Source of the DNA: Octopus vulgaris
Taxonomy: Eukaryota
Reading direction: 5' to 3'
NCBI GenBank assembly: GCA_951406725.2
Contig: OX597817.1
Coordinates: 153,512,001 to 153,576,000 of the forward strand
Length of the DNA: 64,000 bases
Shown piece after piece: positions 25,900 to 39,567 of the stretch. A model generated the notes under the pieces. That model searched no databases. It saw nothing but the letters and a program-made list of their open reading frames with translations, and had not been told where the DNA came from. How positions within the stretch are numbered: the first letter of the stretch is position 1; each line of letters begins with the position of its first letter. Both the position numbers and the translations under genes were made by a program.

Positions 25900-26675
25900 T
25901 ATACCTTTCCAAAGGTCACCAAGCGTTCAGTGGAGCTTTGGCCTGCGTGTCCTCATCCGAGCAGAATGCGTTAAGAAGACATAAAGTCAACGTGTTTACA
26001 GACAGATGCCGGCATTTAAATCAGTAACAGGCCTGGTCATATAAACAGTCTGCTATTACTTATGGATGAGTACACCTGAATTACGTGAGTCAACGGATTT
26101 GATCTTTCATCTCACTTTCTTATAGGTTACTTAATTGTTCAATACCTGTGTGTACTTCTGGCTTCACAAGGACATCAAGAAGAATCGCATGTATCTGTTC
26201 ATTTATAGGTATGTATGTATGTATGTATGTATGTATGTATGTATGTATGTATGTATGTATGTATGTATCTATGTATGTATGTGTGTATGTATGTATGTAT
26301 GTGCGTATGTGTGAGTGTATGTAGGTATGTATGTATGCATGCGTGTATGTATGTATGTATGTATGTATGTATGTATGTATGTATGTATATGTTTGTATGC
26401 GTGTGTGAGAGTAAGTATGTATATCTGTGTGTATGTGTGTATGTATATGTGTGTATGCATATATGTCTGTCTATATGTATGTATGTGTGTGTGAGGGTGT
26501 ATGTACATATAAATATAAAATATATGCGTTTATGCATGCATATGTGTATGTACGTATATACAGATCTATATATGTTTATATGAGTGTAAAGGTATATATG
26601 TTCATGTATGTGTATATGCGGGTATATAAATGTTTATATATGTATGTATATATGTGCATATCTATATGGTTGTAC

Positions 26676-26731
<56 letters not shown>

Positions 26732-26772
26732 GTATATGTCTATATGCATGTGCGTGTGTATTCATAAGTATA

Positions 26773-26979
26773 CTCTTTTACTCTTTTACTTGTTTCAGTC
26801 ATTTTGACTGCGGCCATGCTGGAGCACCGCCTTTAGTCGAGCATATAACCCCGGGACTTATTCTTTGTAAGCCCAGTGCTTATTCTATCGGTCTCTTTTG
26901 CCGAACCGCTAAGTGACGGGGACGTAAACACACCAGCATCGGTTGTCAAGCAATGCTAGGGGGACAAACAGACACACAA

Positions 26980-27010
<31 letters not shown>

Positions 27011-27181
27011 CATATATACGACAGGCTTCTTTCAGTTTCCGTCTACCAAATCCACTCACAAGGCATTGGTCGGCCCGAGGCTATAGCAGAAGATACTTGC
27101 CCAAGATGCCACGCAGTGGGACTGAACCCGGAACCGTGTGGTTTGTTAGCAAGCTACTTACCACACAGCCACTCCTGCGCC
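26773..27181 (-). mobile_element. SINE family A, young copy
   Basis: Near-identical to the copies at 17276-17677 and 44521-44895. Confidence 0.92.
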
Positions 27182-27805
27182 TGTATATATATATATATAT
27201 TGTCATCAAAAAGGGGTAGAATTAATTAATTGTTAATAAATTCGACCAAGCAGTATTCGGTATGTAAAGACCATTTACGGTATATTTGAAGTATTAATTT
27301 ATAAAAATATGGTAAAGTAAAAATTCACTTTACCACACTCCGAACTTTTCAGAAATAGCAGCCAAAAATTTGACTATTTCTTCAACTGCAAATAAAAGTC
27401 TCCAGACAATGCATACTCAGAAAATAACTCACATAGGTATAAGGGAAAAAACAATGAAAGATCACATCCATATACGATACCCGAGGACAGTCTGTTTCTG
27501 GATTTGTGGGTAAAACGCCACTTTTCCTTCATCAATATATATATATGTATATATACACATACATACATATATATATGTATATGTTATTCAAAGGAATTCC
27601 AACTCTGTCTGCTTTTTATGCTTTATTTATATTCTTTATAATATTAATGTAGATTATAGAATATATAGTATAAAAAGTATATATAGTAGTATATGATATG
27701 AAGTATTGATTATCTTATTGAATAGATGAATATTGAATATCAAATATTAAGGAACTAGTATTCTTTCTTGCAAAGTAGTCTTCAAGGTCCCAGGTTGTGA
27801 TGTAT

Positions 27806-27871
<66 letters not shown>

Positions 27872-27901
27872 TATAATAGGATTAGCTCGTATACGAGTAG
27901 G

Positions 27902-28309
<408 letters not shown>

Positions 28310-28431
28310 AAGGTTAAATCTATAAACAATTCATAATTAAGGGCAAACTAAAAAGTTTCTAATGCCAGATATGCCGAAAAATTGGACATATTGTCCATTA
28401 ACCATATAATTTCGTTTGCCCTTAATTATGA

Positions 28432-28548
<117 letters not shown>

Positions 28549-28819
28549 GTATATATATAGACATATACATGTACACACACATACACATATACATACATAC
28601 ATACATACATACAAACATACATACATACATACATACATACATACATACATACATACATACATACATACATACATACATACGTATGGCGGATAAAGCAGTG
28701 ATGACACTTTGGTGTAGACGTTCATACAGTCATCCGGTTTTACGGCGTGTACAAAATTTGATCGCATACGAATGCACGTAATTTAGGATAAGAAGTATGC
28801 TTATATACGTACGTAGGTA

Positions 28820-28901
<82 letters not shown>

Positions 28902-28908
28902 TATGTAT

Positions 28909-29405
28909 ATACGTGGTCTGACCATTAAGTATCCGGACTGTTGCCACAGTGACGAAGCTAAAGCACACAGAATGAAGTCGCTCGACACAGATTGACCTTC
29001 AATTATGTTATGCATGCGCACTAACGTTCTAGCTCACTTTTATTGTTTACAGCAATGCTTGGAAGGAAGGTGTGTAGTGTGTGATCATCACATTGAACAT
29101 GACAGAGAAAGTTGAGCAGCGAATCCGGATTAAATTTTGCCAAAAGCTTGGTGATACCTGCTCAGGGGTCCCACGTAGTTTTCAAACAGTTTTCATCGAT
29201 CTCGACACAAACAAGGGAATTTGTGTAACTGAAACCCTAGTGTCTTTTCGTCACCTGAAAGCAGTTTTGACACAAACTTGGTAGACATGCGTCTCATACC
29301 CAAATCTTCAGTGATAATGGACTGAACTCAACCGTAACTAATCTGCACATTCTCTGATAACTCACAGATGGTGATTCGACGATTTCCCCTCACAGCTGCA
29401 CGCAC
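28909..29405. mobile_element. Rearranged mariner remnant
   Basis: TA-cgtggtctgaccattaagtatccggact TIR. The + strand encodes MTEKVEQRIRIKFCQKLG. The - strand encodes VRGNRRITICELSENVQISYG*VQSIITEDLGMRRMSTKFV (second HTH). Confidence 0.8.
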
Positions 29406-29406
29406 A

Positions 29407-29724
29407 CTTAATTTATCGACCCCGAAAGGACGAAATGCAAAGTCGGCCTCGGCGGAATTTGAACTCAGAACGTAGCGGCAGACGAAATACCTATTTCTTT
29501 ACTACCCACAATGGACTAAACACAGAGGAGATAAACAAGGACAGACAAACGGATTAAGTCGATTACATCGACCCCAGTGCGTAACTGGTACTTAATTTAA
29601 CGACTCCCGAAAGGATGAAAGGCAAAGTCGACCTCGGCGGAATTTGAACTCAGAACGTAACGGCAGGCGAAAATACGGCTACGCATTTTTCCCGGCGTTC
29701 TAACATTTCTGCCAGCTCGCCACC
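29407..29724 (-). mobile_element. SINE family B partial dimer
   Basis: Two cgaccccgaaagga...ggcggaatttgaactcagaacgta blocks. Confidence 0.88.
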
Positions 29725-29951
29725 TGAGTGAATACAATACCAATCAGGTGAATGTATTGGTTCATTTGTTTAAATATGTAGACTCTTCTTTTGTTTGAAT
29801 ATGTGGACTTGTGCTTGATATCAATAGTGTATATATGTATCTTACTGAATAAGTATAAATTAAAGTGTGTATATTGTTTTCGAGAGCTAGTAGAAATGTA
29901 AGCAGATAAAAGCCTCAGTTCACTGCTTTCTTTTTCGAACTGTCGGTATAC

Positions 29952-29985
<34 letters not shown>

Positions 29986-29989
<4 letters not shown>

Positions 29990-30740
29990 GCGGATCTTGC
30001 ATGCATGAAGTGGATTCGATCCACTATAGCCAAATTTAAATTAACACTGCAACAGAACTTTTCCCACGGTGGAACAATGGTTGTTCTCTGACAGCAGTTT
30101 TACATTTTCCAGATGCCTTTAGCTAGGCCGAAATGATGTTTTCATCGATTGACCCTTTCTTACCTCTTCTACTTCACCAAACGCTAGAATAGACATAACA
30201 AGACCATTTATTAAGTCTATTGTTCTCAAGGATATGTCTATCCTTCGGGATAGTTATATAAGCAAGCACACCCCAAGCAAAAATCAGTTAGTCACAGTCG
30301 GTGACGACTCAACAAAGTGTGGCTGACCAGCTAGAACCTTGGTCAGAGGGGGAAATGAAGTTTACTGTCAGCAACTGTGAGACAACGTCCCACACCCTAC
30401 AACTCTCATTAGTTCTAATTCTGTTCTCTTACAACATCATTCTATCTATTTCTGTAACCACTACTAAACAATAAAGAGGACACAAACACAAGATTTACTT
30501 CGCATTCTTTCGGATTTATCATAACCTGCCCGTCGAGGCAAGGTATTGCAACGTAACGGTAAATAAATACTTTCTTAAAACTTCATGCATTGTTCATCTT
30601 TCACATCTTACAACTTGCCATTATAACAACAAATTTTTATCGTTACAACTGTTGACCCCGACATTTCATAGTAATGTTTACTAATCAATCTTACCCGTTA
30701 CAATTGGTAACTACACCAAAATATAATCCTTATCGTTACA
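29986..30740 (+). mobile_element. LTR remnant (Gypsy-like) with tRNA-Trp-like PBS
   Basis: Starts TGTAGCG and ends CGTTACA, with (TA)n on both sides. TATATAA at ~30254 and AATAAA at ~30470. tgttgaccccgac (30650-30662) lies 2 nt after an internal cgttaca and matches PBS TGGTGACCCCGAC with one mismatch. Confidence 0.7.
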
Positions 30741-31298
30741 TATATATATATATATATATATAAATATTTTGTTGTTTACATAGTTCAAAATTCTTAGAAT
30801 GCCGTAAGCTATTGCAATGGTCGCATTGTTGGAAAAACTAAGTGAGTGAGTAGGTGATTCGTCTTTTGATAAACCAAAGTCAAGTTGCTTCAGTTAACGC
30901 TTAGTAAACTTTTATTTTTGCGAAAAGCAGTACTTTATAGAATTTTTTCAGGCTTCTTATTGCTTGTAATGGATTTACATACTTCTCTGCAGTCAATACA
31001 CCGATCACTTTCAATGGCTACAACGTACTTATCAAAGTATCAATAACAATCATAAACTCTGATTATATCAACCTACCTTAAAATAGGCTGAACTTTTACA
31101 TCAGATTGGTTAGACAACAATGCCGGAAGTTCTTGCATTAGACCTATAGCACATTGTAATTCTGTTATATGGGACTTACATAATATCTCATTATTGTAAC
31201 CAACGCTAGACCTTGCATTTATATTGTATACTAGTGCATCATCGAATATTTAGATTACTAAAAGGATAATAGACGTACAATTCCTGAACGAAACCTAT

Positions 31299-31357
<59 letters not shown>

Positions 31358-31360
<3 letters not shown>

Positions 31361-31697
31361 CAAAGGGTAAAAATTAATTAATTAAGAAGTAATCAATAAT
31401 TTCACCAAGTAGAATTCGGCATGAAAAAATACCATTTCACGGTAAATTTAAGTAATACTTTATAATTAGGGTTCAGCAAAGATTTGCTTTACCACATACC
31501 GAATTTTAGAAATAGCAGCCAAAAAACCTTAGCTATTTTTTTCTACTTTAAAAAGGGACTCCCAGAAAAATAAAAATACTTGAAAACAATCTACGCAGTC
31601 CCTTTTTAAAGTAGAAGAAATAACTAAGGTTTTTTGGCTACTATTTCTAAACTTCGGTATGTGGTAAAGCAAATCTTTGCTGAACCCTAATCATAAA

Positions 31698-31700
<3 letters not shown>
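31358..31700. mobile_element. AT-rich (TA)n-inserted element with ~105 bp fold-back; paralogs at ~10120-10260 and ~27200-27420
   Basis: Shared aagggtaaaa..ttaattaatt...accaagtag...accattt.acggta. The inverted repeat spans 31455-31560 / 31597-31700. Confidence 0.7.
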
Positions 31701-31746
<46 letters not shown>

Positions 31747-31747
<1 letters not shown>

Positions 31748-32189
31748 TAGCAGAGATGCCCAGCGGTGCTCAGGATTAAAATGGAATAATTTTTTTTGTT
31801 TTACTTGTTTACTTCTTTAGTCATGTGACTGCGGCCATGTTGGAGCACAACCTTTAGTCAAAAAATTCGACCGCAGGATTTATTCTTTGTGAGCCTAGTA
31901 TCGGTGTGTTTTGCTAAACAGCTAAGTTTCAGGGACTTAAAAACAGCAACATTACAATAGAGATGTTATTGTTTCACTTCGTAATACTGAAATAGTGTAA
32001 GAGATAAGAGATTGCTCCGAGCTCGCATTAGGCAAGAAGTTGAAAATTGTTTGGCCTATGACACTGCACCGACCCTAAATAAGGCATGTGTAAAATTTGA
32101 ATGAAATTGGTTTGGTAGTTCTCGAGTTTTAGTGATGCACACATACATACAGACAAGCAGATAGAAACATTTTCTGTTTTATATATATA
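31747..32189 (-). mobile_element. Non-autonomous Helitron-like element
   Basis: Minus 3' end cctgagcaccgctgggcatctctgCTAG|T. The 5' end is tatatataaaa followed by (gtct/gtat)n. Contains a SINE-A fragment. Confidence 0.7.
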
Positions 32190-32737
32190 CGAGCAAAACG
32201 CCCCCCGTCCAATGGACGGTGCTGGGTTGTCAAACATTTAAACCAAATTTTCTCAAGACAACTTGTCCGACCGTCCTATAGGCCTCCCCTTTGAGAAACA
32301 CTGATTTAACCTAAATTTGAGACACCAGCAAAAGAAGAAATAAAGATAGGCTTTTTTTCTATTCCAAAGAAAAACGATTTTATTCACGGTTGCAAATATG
32401 CAACCGAAGAGCTTAAAGTACCAGTAAAGATAAGGCTGTTGCCTAGGAGAACACAAACATGGTTTAAATAGTAAGCTTGGCAGGAAAGAAACATGCTTTT
32501 AAGCAGTACAAAAACAACAAAAAATGGAAGATGCAGTTATGTACAGGTTGACGGAAGAAAAGCAGGACAAAAGCGGCTTTATCGATCGTATTCTCACCTG
32601 GAATCGATTTTTGTAATTTTTTCAAGACTTATACACGCCCTGATACTGTCGGTATCTACATATCAAATTTGATCGCAATCGGATGGCGGATAGCCGAGAT
32701 CCTAGAAGACACACAGACAGACACACAGAACGGATTT

Positions 32738-32750
<13 letters not shown>
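32190..32750 (-). mobile_element. Second Helitron-like element abutting the first
   Basis: Minus 3' end has the hairpin ccgtcca-t-tggacgg ~11 nt before CTCG|T. The 5' end is tatataaaatccgttctgtgtgtctgtctg. Confidence 0.6.
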
Positions 32751-32776
<26 letters not shown>

Positions 32777-33519
32777 CGATGGTATCTATCTGGGTAATGG
32801 GAGTCTCGAATTTATTTCAAATTTCCTGCTGTCACAAGAACCAGAGAAGGATATGATAATGCATAAATTTGCATAAATAGTTTTGTAGTGTTGTTTGTTC
32901 AAGTGATTGGTGGAATAGATGTCTGAGCGGATAAGATCCCAGATAAACTGTTGAAAGTTCAGTGGTTCAAGCTGTCACTGGAAGTGGTCTGTCTCCGTGG
33001 ATAAGACAATTCGCAATAGCCTTGCCCACGTAACTTTCAAGTACGTACTACGGTATGGGACATTTCACTGCGATATTACTAGTCTTCTTCTTGTTTTAGT
33101 CATTGGTCTACGACCATGCTGGAGCACCGCCTTGAAGGGTTTAAGTCTATCAAATCATTACCAGACCTGCTTTTTCTTTTAATCTGCTAATTCATGGGGA
33201 CGCAAGCAACCCAACAAAGATTGCCAAGCATTGATAGGAGATAAACACGAAGACATGAACTCACACATGCATTCACATACACTTTATATACATACACTTT
33301 ATATACATACATACATACATACATACATACATACATACATACATACACGACGGGCTTCCAGACAATTTCTGACAAGATATCTAACTGACAATAGTCTAGT
33401 TTACCAATCTAATACAAGTATCATAATATGGTATGGTTTTGTATAGCACTGTTCTGCATAGGCGGTGGGGCATAAGAAGCACATGATTTCTTTGTGGAAA
33501 GCTCTTAGGATGGAAGAAA

Positions 33520-33895
33520 AGTACTTACTTACTTGTACTTGTGGCGACATTCACCCTGGGCGGGTTGAGTAGGCTTCTTCTACTCATGGAAGAAGTTTCG
33601 TGGGAATACGTGGATTTTTACAAGCGGTCCCCAACAATTCTGCATGTGGAGACATCCTTTTGCCGCAGATTGTCCACAGACGCAGGGACAGAACGACTGA
33701 GGAGTCGCTGTTTGCCGAAGCAGACACTCCTAGGATTTTCCCCAGAGCCCCGTCTGCCGGGTTGTGGCCCTAATATCACTCGGTGTCAGATCCATCCGCC
33801 TTGGGTGGCCCTACCAGGAACCGAAGTTCCCGACAGCATAGCTCTGACACTACCCATTGCCAGCGTTCCCACCACGGTGAGGAGGGGATGAACTT
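33520..33895 (-). mobile_element. Non-autonomous RTE-like element (5'UTR fused to 3' tail)
   Basis: GC-rich gagctatgc...cctggtagggccacccaaggcgg resembles RTE 5' ends. Ends in a (AAGT)n tail. Confidence 0.55.
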
Positions 33896-34535
33896 TGGAA
33901 GAACAGGCGGGAAAGTCGCCATACATAGTGAAAGGATTTAAACTTCTAAACATTTGAACTTTTCCTTCACTATAGCAAAGAAAAGTGAATTAATTTGTTC
34001 TCTCACTACTAAAGAAATAAAAAGGCCTAAAATATTCCGAATAATATTTCGTAGTGATTAAGGTGATGAGCTGCCAGAATCATTAAGCATTCCGGGCATA
34101 ATGCTTAGCGGCGTTTCGTCCGTCTTTACGTTCTGTGGTCGACTTTGCCTTTTATCCTTTCGGGTCGATAAAATAAGTAACAGTCGAGGAGTGGAATCGA
34201 TGTAATCGACTTAAACCCTTCTCCTTAATTGCTGGCCTTGTGCCAAACTTTGAAACCAATATTTGGTGGTGATGGTGGGACTTGGTTCTTTCAACTTGTA
34301 AACCACTGCTGTTGTGAGTTAATTATTAAGCTAGTTGACATTCGATGGCTGAATACACGTAGATGTAAAGGCATGGCCATGTGCTTCTCAACCACATGGT
34401 TTCGAGTTCAGTTCCACTACGTGGCAACTTGGATAAGTGTCTTCTGCTATAGCCTCGGGCCAATCAAGATCTTGTGAGGAAATTTGGTAGACAAAAACTA
34501 AAAGTATCCAATCGGATATATATACACACACACAC

Positions 34536-34746
34536 AGAGAGTGCTGCAAAGCTCCTGGCTTTAAGGGTGTCGCGAAAGGCCTGCTTGGAGGCCCAACCTT
34601 TCGAGTTCTTTTACAGAGCTTAGAAAATCTGAAGGATCGCTGCAATAAGTGTATGAATCTTAGAGGGGGATATATCGAATAAAATCATAATTAACTGATC
34701 CTCCTGCGTTTTATTTTACTCAAAGAAGCTTTCAGCACACTCTCGT
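34536..34746 (+). mobile_element. Mariner-derived MITE
   Basis: Degenerate TIRs gagagtgctgcaaagctcctggcttt / aaagaagctttcagcacactctc. Encodes the transposase tail LENLKDRCNKCMNLRGGYIE*. Confidence 0.75.
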
Positions 34747-35673
34747 GTATATATATATATAATTATATACACACATGCGTAACATATGGTATAATTATAA
34801 ACAGGGGAAATTTTAGCCATTTCTTCGCAGGCTGAAAAAAATGACGAACAACCTTCGGACCTTATTAGATTCTCATCAGAGTCGTCCACATTCATTCTGA
34901 CAGTTTCCAGAGAAACAAGGAGCCAAACTGTTTATATACTCAACGAATGCAGCAGTTACTCTATGAAGGAATCCCTAATTGTCATACAGAAAGTGTTTAA
35001 CACTATATAAATACCAGCGGCCTGTCAACTGGTTGAGAAGGTAGAAAGATTCACTGTCAAAAAATCCAGGTTTGACAACAGTAAAACTGTTCGGTGGGTT
35101 TTGTTCACGCCAAATTTCCAAGTGAAAAATTACGTAATATTTGCTATTTGAAACATTACATGTATGTATGTATGTATGTATGTATGTATGTATGTATGTA
35201 TGTATGTATGTATGTATGTGCGTATGTGCGTATGTGTGTGTGTGTCTGTGTTGGTGTGTGTGTGTGTATGTGTGTGTGTATGTATGTATGTATGTATGTA
35301 TGTGTGTATGTATGTATGTATGTATGTGTGTATGTATGTATGTATGTGTGTATGTATGTATGTATGTATGTATGTATGTATGTATGTATGTATGAAACGA
35401 AAGATTTGATGAAGAACTCTTAAATAAGAACAATAATAAAGCTGAAATGAAAAACGAATATATAGTTCGTGTTTGTATCTGATAATAAAAGAAAAAAACA
35501 AAAACAACACAAAAACAAAATGACTATCCCGAAATATAATAATATGTTTCAACACTCAATTTCACATCAAGAATCTTGGCAAACAAATGCATAAACGTAA
35601 GAAAGTGAACTTCGGCCAGACTAATGAACTCGGTCAGACGAGTTGAAAAACATTATATATTATTGTTTCAAAT

Positions 35674-36027
35674 ACCTATTTCTTTATTACCCACGGGGCT
35701 AAACACAGAGAGGACAACAAGGACAGACAAACGGATTAAGTCGATTACATCGACCCCAATGCGTAACTGGTACTTAATTTATCGACCCCGAAAGGATGAA
35801 AGGCAAAGTTGACCTCGGCGGAATTTGAACTCAGAACGTAACGACAGACGAAATACCGCTAAGCATTTCGCCCAGCGTGCTAACGATTCTGCCAGCGCCG
35901 AGGTCGACTTTGCCCTACATCCTTTCGGGGTCGATAAATTAAATACCAGTTGCGTACTGGGATAGATCTAATCGACTGGCTCTCTCCCGCCAAAAAAATT
36001 TCGGGCCTTGTTTCTAGAGTAGGAAAG
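35674..36027. mobile_element. Two family-B SINEs fused in opposite orientation
   Basis: A minus copy (35674-35895) is directly followed by a plus-strand 5'-truncated copy starting gccgaggtcgactttgcc. Confidence 0.85.
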
Positions 36028-36674
36028 GTTATATTTTGATATCTAAGAAAGTACATCACAACATGGCAACAGCACTTCATGAAGCAGATTATTAGTTGAA
36101 TTGAAATGATTACCTCCCTTATCAATGATTATCTCCCTTATCTGAAAGCTAACTCTTGATAGCTTCCCTTAGATTTACTTCGACACTAGCTGCGATATCA
36201 AAAGGGTTATCAATAATGTATTCACGCTTTTTCCTCGTAATCCTCGATTATATTTAGCTTAAGATCACTGGCACGTACAAGTTTCAAATTTCTCCTGAAC
36301 TTTTCCGGTTTGATTACCTTTCGAATTAATTAATACATTTTCAATGCTGTGATTAAGTACTGATTCTAAAAGAAAAAAACAAAAAATATATTTAGGCGTG
36401 TGTATATTTGCACGAGTTTGAACTACCTGCCATATAACTTTAGATCATACGATACAGTCTTCAATAAAGAAGTCTATATATTACCGACGTAACACCTCTC
36501 GCATTTATAAATTGACGCAGCAGTCACGGCTGGAACGCCAGTGATCATTGGTTCGATCATCTGGGCATAAGCGACAACAGAAGCAACAACTACTGCTGCT
36601 GCTTCCTCTACATATATATGCGGCTATACATATATATATGCACACACATAATACACATATATATGTACACTACG

Positions 36675-36715
<41 letters not shown>

Positions 36716-36768
36716 AACTACTACTACTACTGCTGCTACTACTACTGCTGCTACTACTACTGCTGCTG

Positions 36769-36807
<39 letters not shown>

Positions 36808-36844
36808 ATACTAATACTACTAATACTACTAATACTACTACTGG

Positions 36845-37065
36845 TTAGTTGGCATCCTTTTTGTCTCGGGAGACAATGGAGTTGCGCATAAAATAGTCCA
36901 GTCCGGCTTCTACATTTCATGTCCTGATACACTTCCTGCTGTAGCTGTGTAGTCCTATCCTGGACAAACACTCCCTCTGGCAGGTACCGCAAATGTAGCG
37001 AAGACTGTTCCTGGCTGGTTGTAATGTCATAGTTTCTTGTTGCCGTCTTTTCTTGTCTTTCCATT

Positions 37066-37116
<51 letters not shown>

Positions 37117-38875
37117 ACTCCTTTGTATTCCCTCTTTTACGGTACGTCGCCAATCTCCACGGTTGCTGGCAATTGCTTCCCAACCGCTAATATTGATGTT
37201 GCAGGCCTTCATATCCCTTTTGCAAACATCCTTGTAACGTAAGAACGGTCTACCCACAGACCTAGTACCTCTAGCAAGCTCTCCGTAGAGTATGTCCTTG
37301 GGGATTCTGCCATCTTTCATACGGCTAACATGCCCAAGCCATCTCATACGTCTTTGTGTGAGGAGTGTAAACATGCTTGGTATTCCTGCTTGCTTGAGGA
37401 CATCTTTGTTGGGGATATGATTCTGCCATTTGATGCGGAAGATTTTCCGGAGGCAGCGCAGGTGAAAGATGTTTAGGCGACGCTCTTGGCGTGTGTATAG
37501 CGTCCAAGTCTCACTTCCATACAGTAGAGTGCTAAGTACACATGCCTGGTAGATCTTCATTTTTGTGGTCTTGGTCAGCTTATTGTTGTCTCATGCCCGT
37601 TTGGAGAGTTGGGCCATCGCTGCAGCTGCCTTGCCAATGCGTATATTGAGCTCAGCGTCAAGGGATAGGTTGTAGGTGACGGTAGAGCCAAGATAGGTAA
37701 ACTTCTCCACCTCCTGTAATCTGTGGTCTCCAATATGTACGTTTGGGATGTCCGATGTAGCCTGACTCATGATGTTGGTCTTCTTAAGGCTGATAGCTAA
37801 GCCAAAGTCGTTACATGCTTGCTCAAAACAGTTAATGAGCCTTTGGAGGGCTTCTGTGTGTGATACCAGAGCAGCAGCATCAGCAAATAGCATCTCCTTG
37901 ATCAGGACGTTTCTGATTTTGGTCTTGGCACGCAGGCGCGAGAGATTGAACAGTTTCCCGTCACTTCTACTGTGCAGAAACACTCCATCATCTGATGTCT
38001 GAAAGGCATGTGAGAGCAAGAGCGAGAAGAAAATGCCAAATAATGTAGGAGCGAGGACCCGTTGTTTATTTGGAAGGCGGCTGATGTTGAACCGTTGTGC
38101 TGTATGGTGCCTTGCATATCATCATGGAAAGACTTGATGATCCTCAGCAGCTTTGGTGGACATCCGATTTTTTGGAGCAGGATGAAGAGGCCTTTTCTAC
38201 TTACCGAGTCAAAGGCCTTTGTTAGATCAATGAAGGCCATATATAATGGCATTTTCTGCTCTCTGGACTTCTGAAGTTGGCGTATGTAGAATATCATATC
38301 AATAGTTGATCTGCTTATTCTAAAGCCACACTGCGATTCCGGATAGATTCGAGAAACAAGTAATTGTAGCCTGGCCAGGATAACGCGAGCAAAGGTCTTT
38401 TCAACAGTGCTTAGAAGAGATATTCCACGGTAATTGTTACAATCACCACGGTCATCTTTGTTTTGTAAAGCGTAATGATGTTAGCATCCCGCATATCTTG
38501 AGCGACTGTACCCTCCTCTCAGCACTGACACAGAAGCTCATGAAGGTGCCGAAGCAGGATGGTGTTTTTGCCGGCTTTGATAATGTCTGAGGGGATGCCG
38601 TCTTTTCCCGGAGCCTTGTTACTTGCTAGGGAGTCAATAGCCTTGGTGAGCTCTGCTATAGATGGCGGACTGTCAAGTTCGCACATGACTGGCAAGATCT
38701 TGACACTCTCGATTGCAGCCTCAGCTACTGTAGTCTCTCATGAGTAGAGATCCTGGTAGTGCTCCACCCATCTATCCATTTGCTTGCTTTGATCCCTGAT
38801 GAGATCTCCAGAAGCTGATTTCAGAGGGCTGACTTGGTTGCGGATGGACCGAGGGCCTTCTTCAAACCGGCATAC
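36845..38875 (-). pseudogene. 5'-truncated RTE-clade LINE, reverse transcriptase pseudogene
   Basis: ORF pieces FIDLTKAFDSVSR, EMLFADAAALVS (YADD motif mutated), FTYLGS, LLYGSETW, RMRWLGHVSRM...RIPKDILYGEL. Frameshifts, stops and an internal (GA)n. Flanked by (CTA)n. Confidence 0.95.
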
Positions 38876-38877
38876 AT

Positions 38878-38936
<59 letters not shown>

Positions 38937-38978
38937 GCTACTGCAACTACTGCTGCTGCTGCTGCTGCTGCTACTGCA

Positions 38979-39037
<59 letters not shown>

Positions 39038-39294
39038 GAATTTTGTTCCTTCTTTCTGTTTTTCAGAAGTTGAATTCTCTGAAATTCCCTTCCTGACATT
39101 ATAAAAGCCCCTGTCGAAGTCAGCCGTACCCATTAAACCTTGTCCTCAAACCTAAGTCAATAAATGCTATGCAAGGGAGTAGACTTAGATATGCAGAGAG
39201 GCAGTTATTCACAAAACTTTCTGTACTGCTTCGGTGCGGTTGTTGCTCAGAATTGAATGTGCTGGGTTAGATAGATTTAAAGGGATACAGTGGA

Positions 39295-39490
39295 GTACAG
39301 GAGTGGCTGTGTGGTAAGTAGCTTGCTAACGAACCACATGATTCCGGGTTCAGTCCCACTGCGTGGCACCTTGGGCAAGTGTCTTCTACTATAACCTCGG
39401 GCCGACCAAAGCCTTGTGAGTGGATTTGGTAGACGGAAACTGAAAGAAGCCCGTCGTATATATGTGTGTATATATATTTATATATATATA

Positions 39491-39567
<77 letters not shown>

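Noticed and set aside
35621-35650. CTAATGA-actcg-gtcaga-cgagt-tGAAA hairpin
   Set aside because: G5 is missing, and there is no stem I or III or cleavage triplet.
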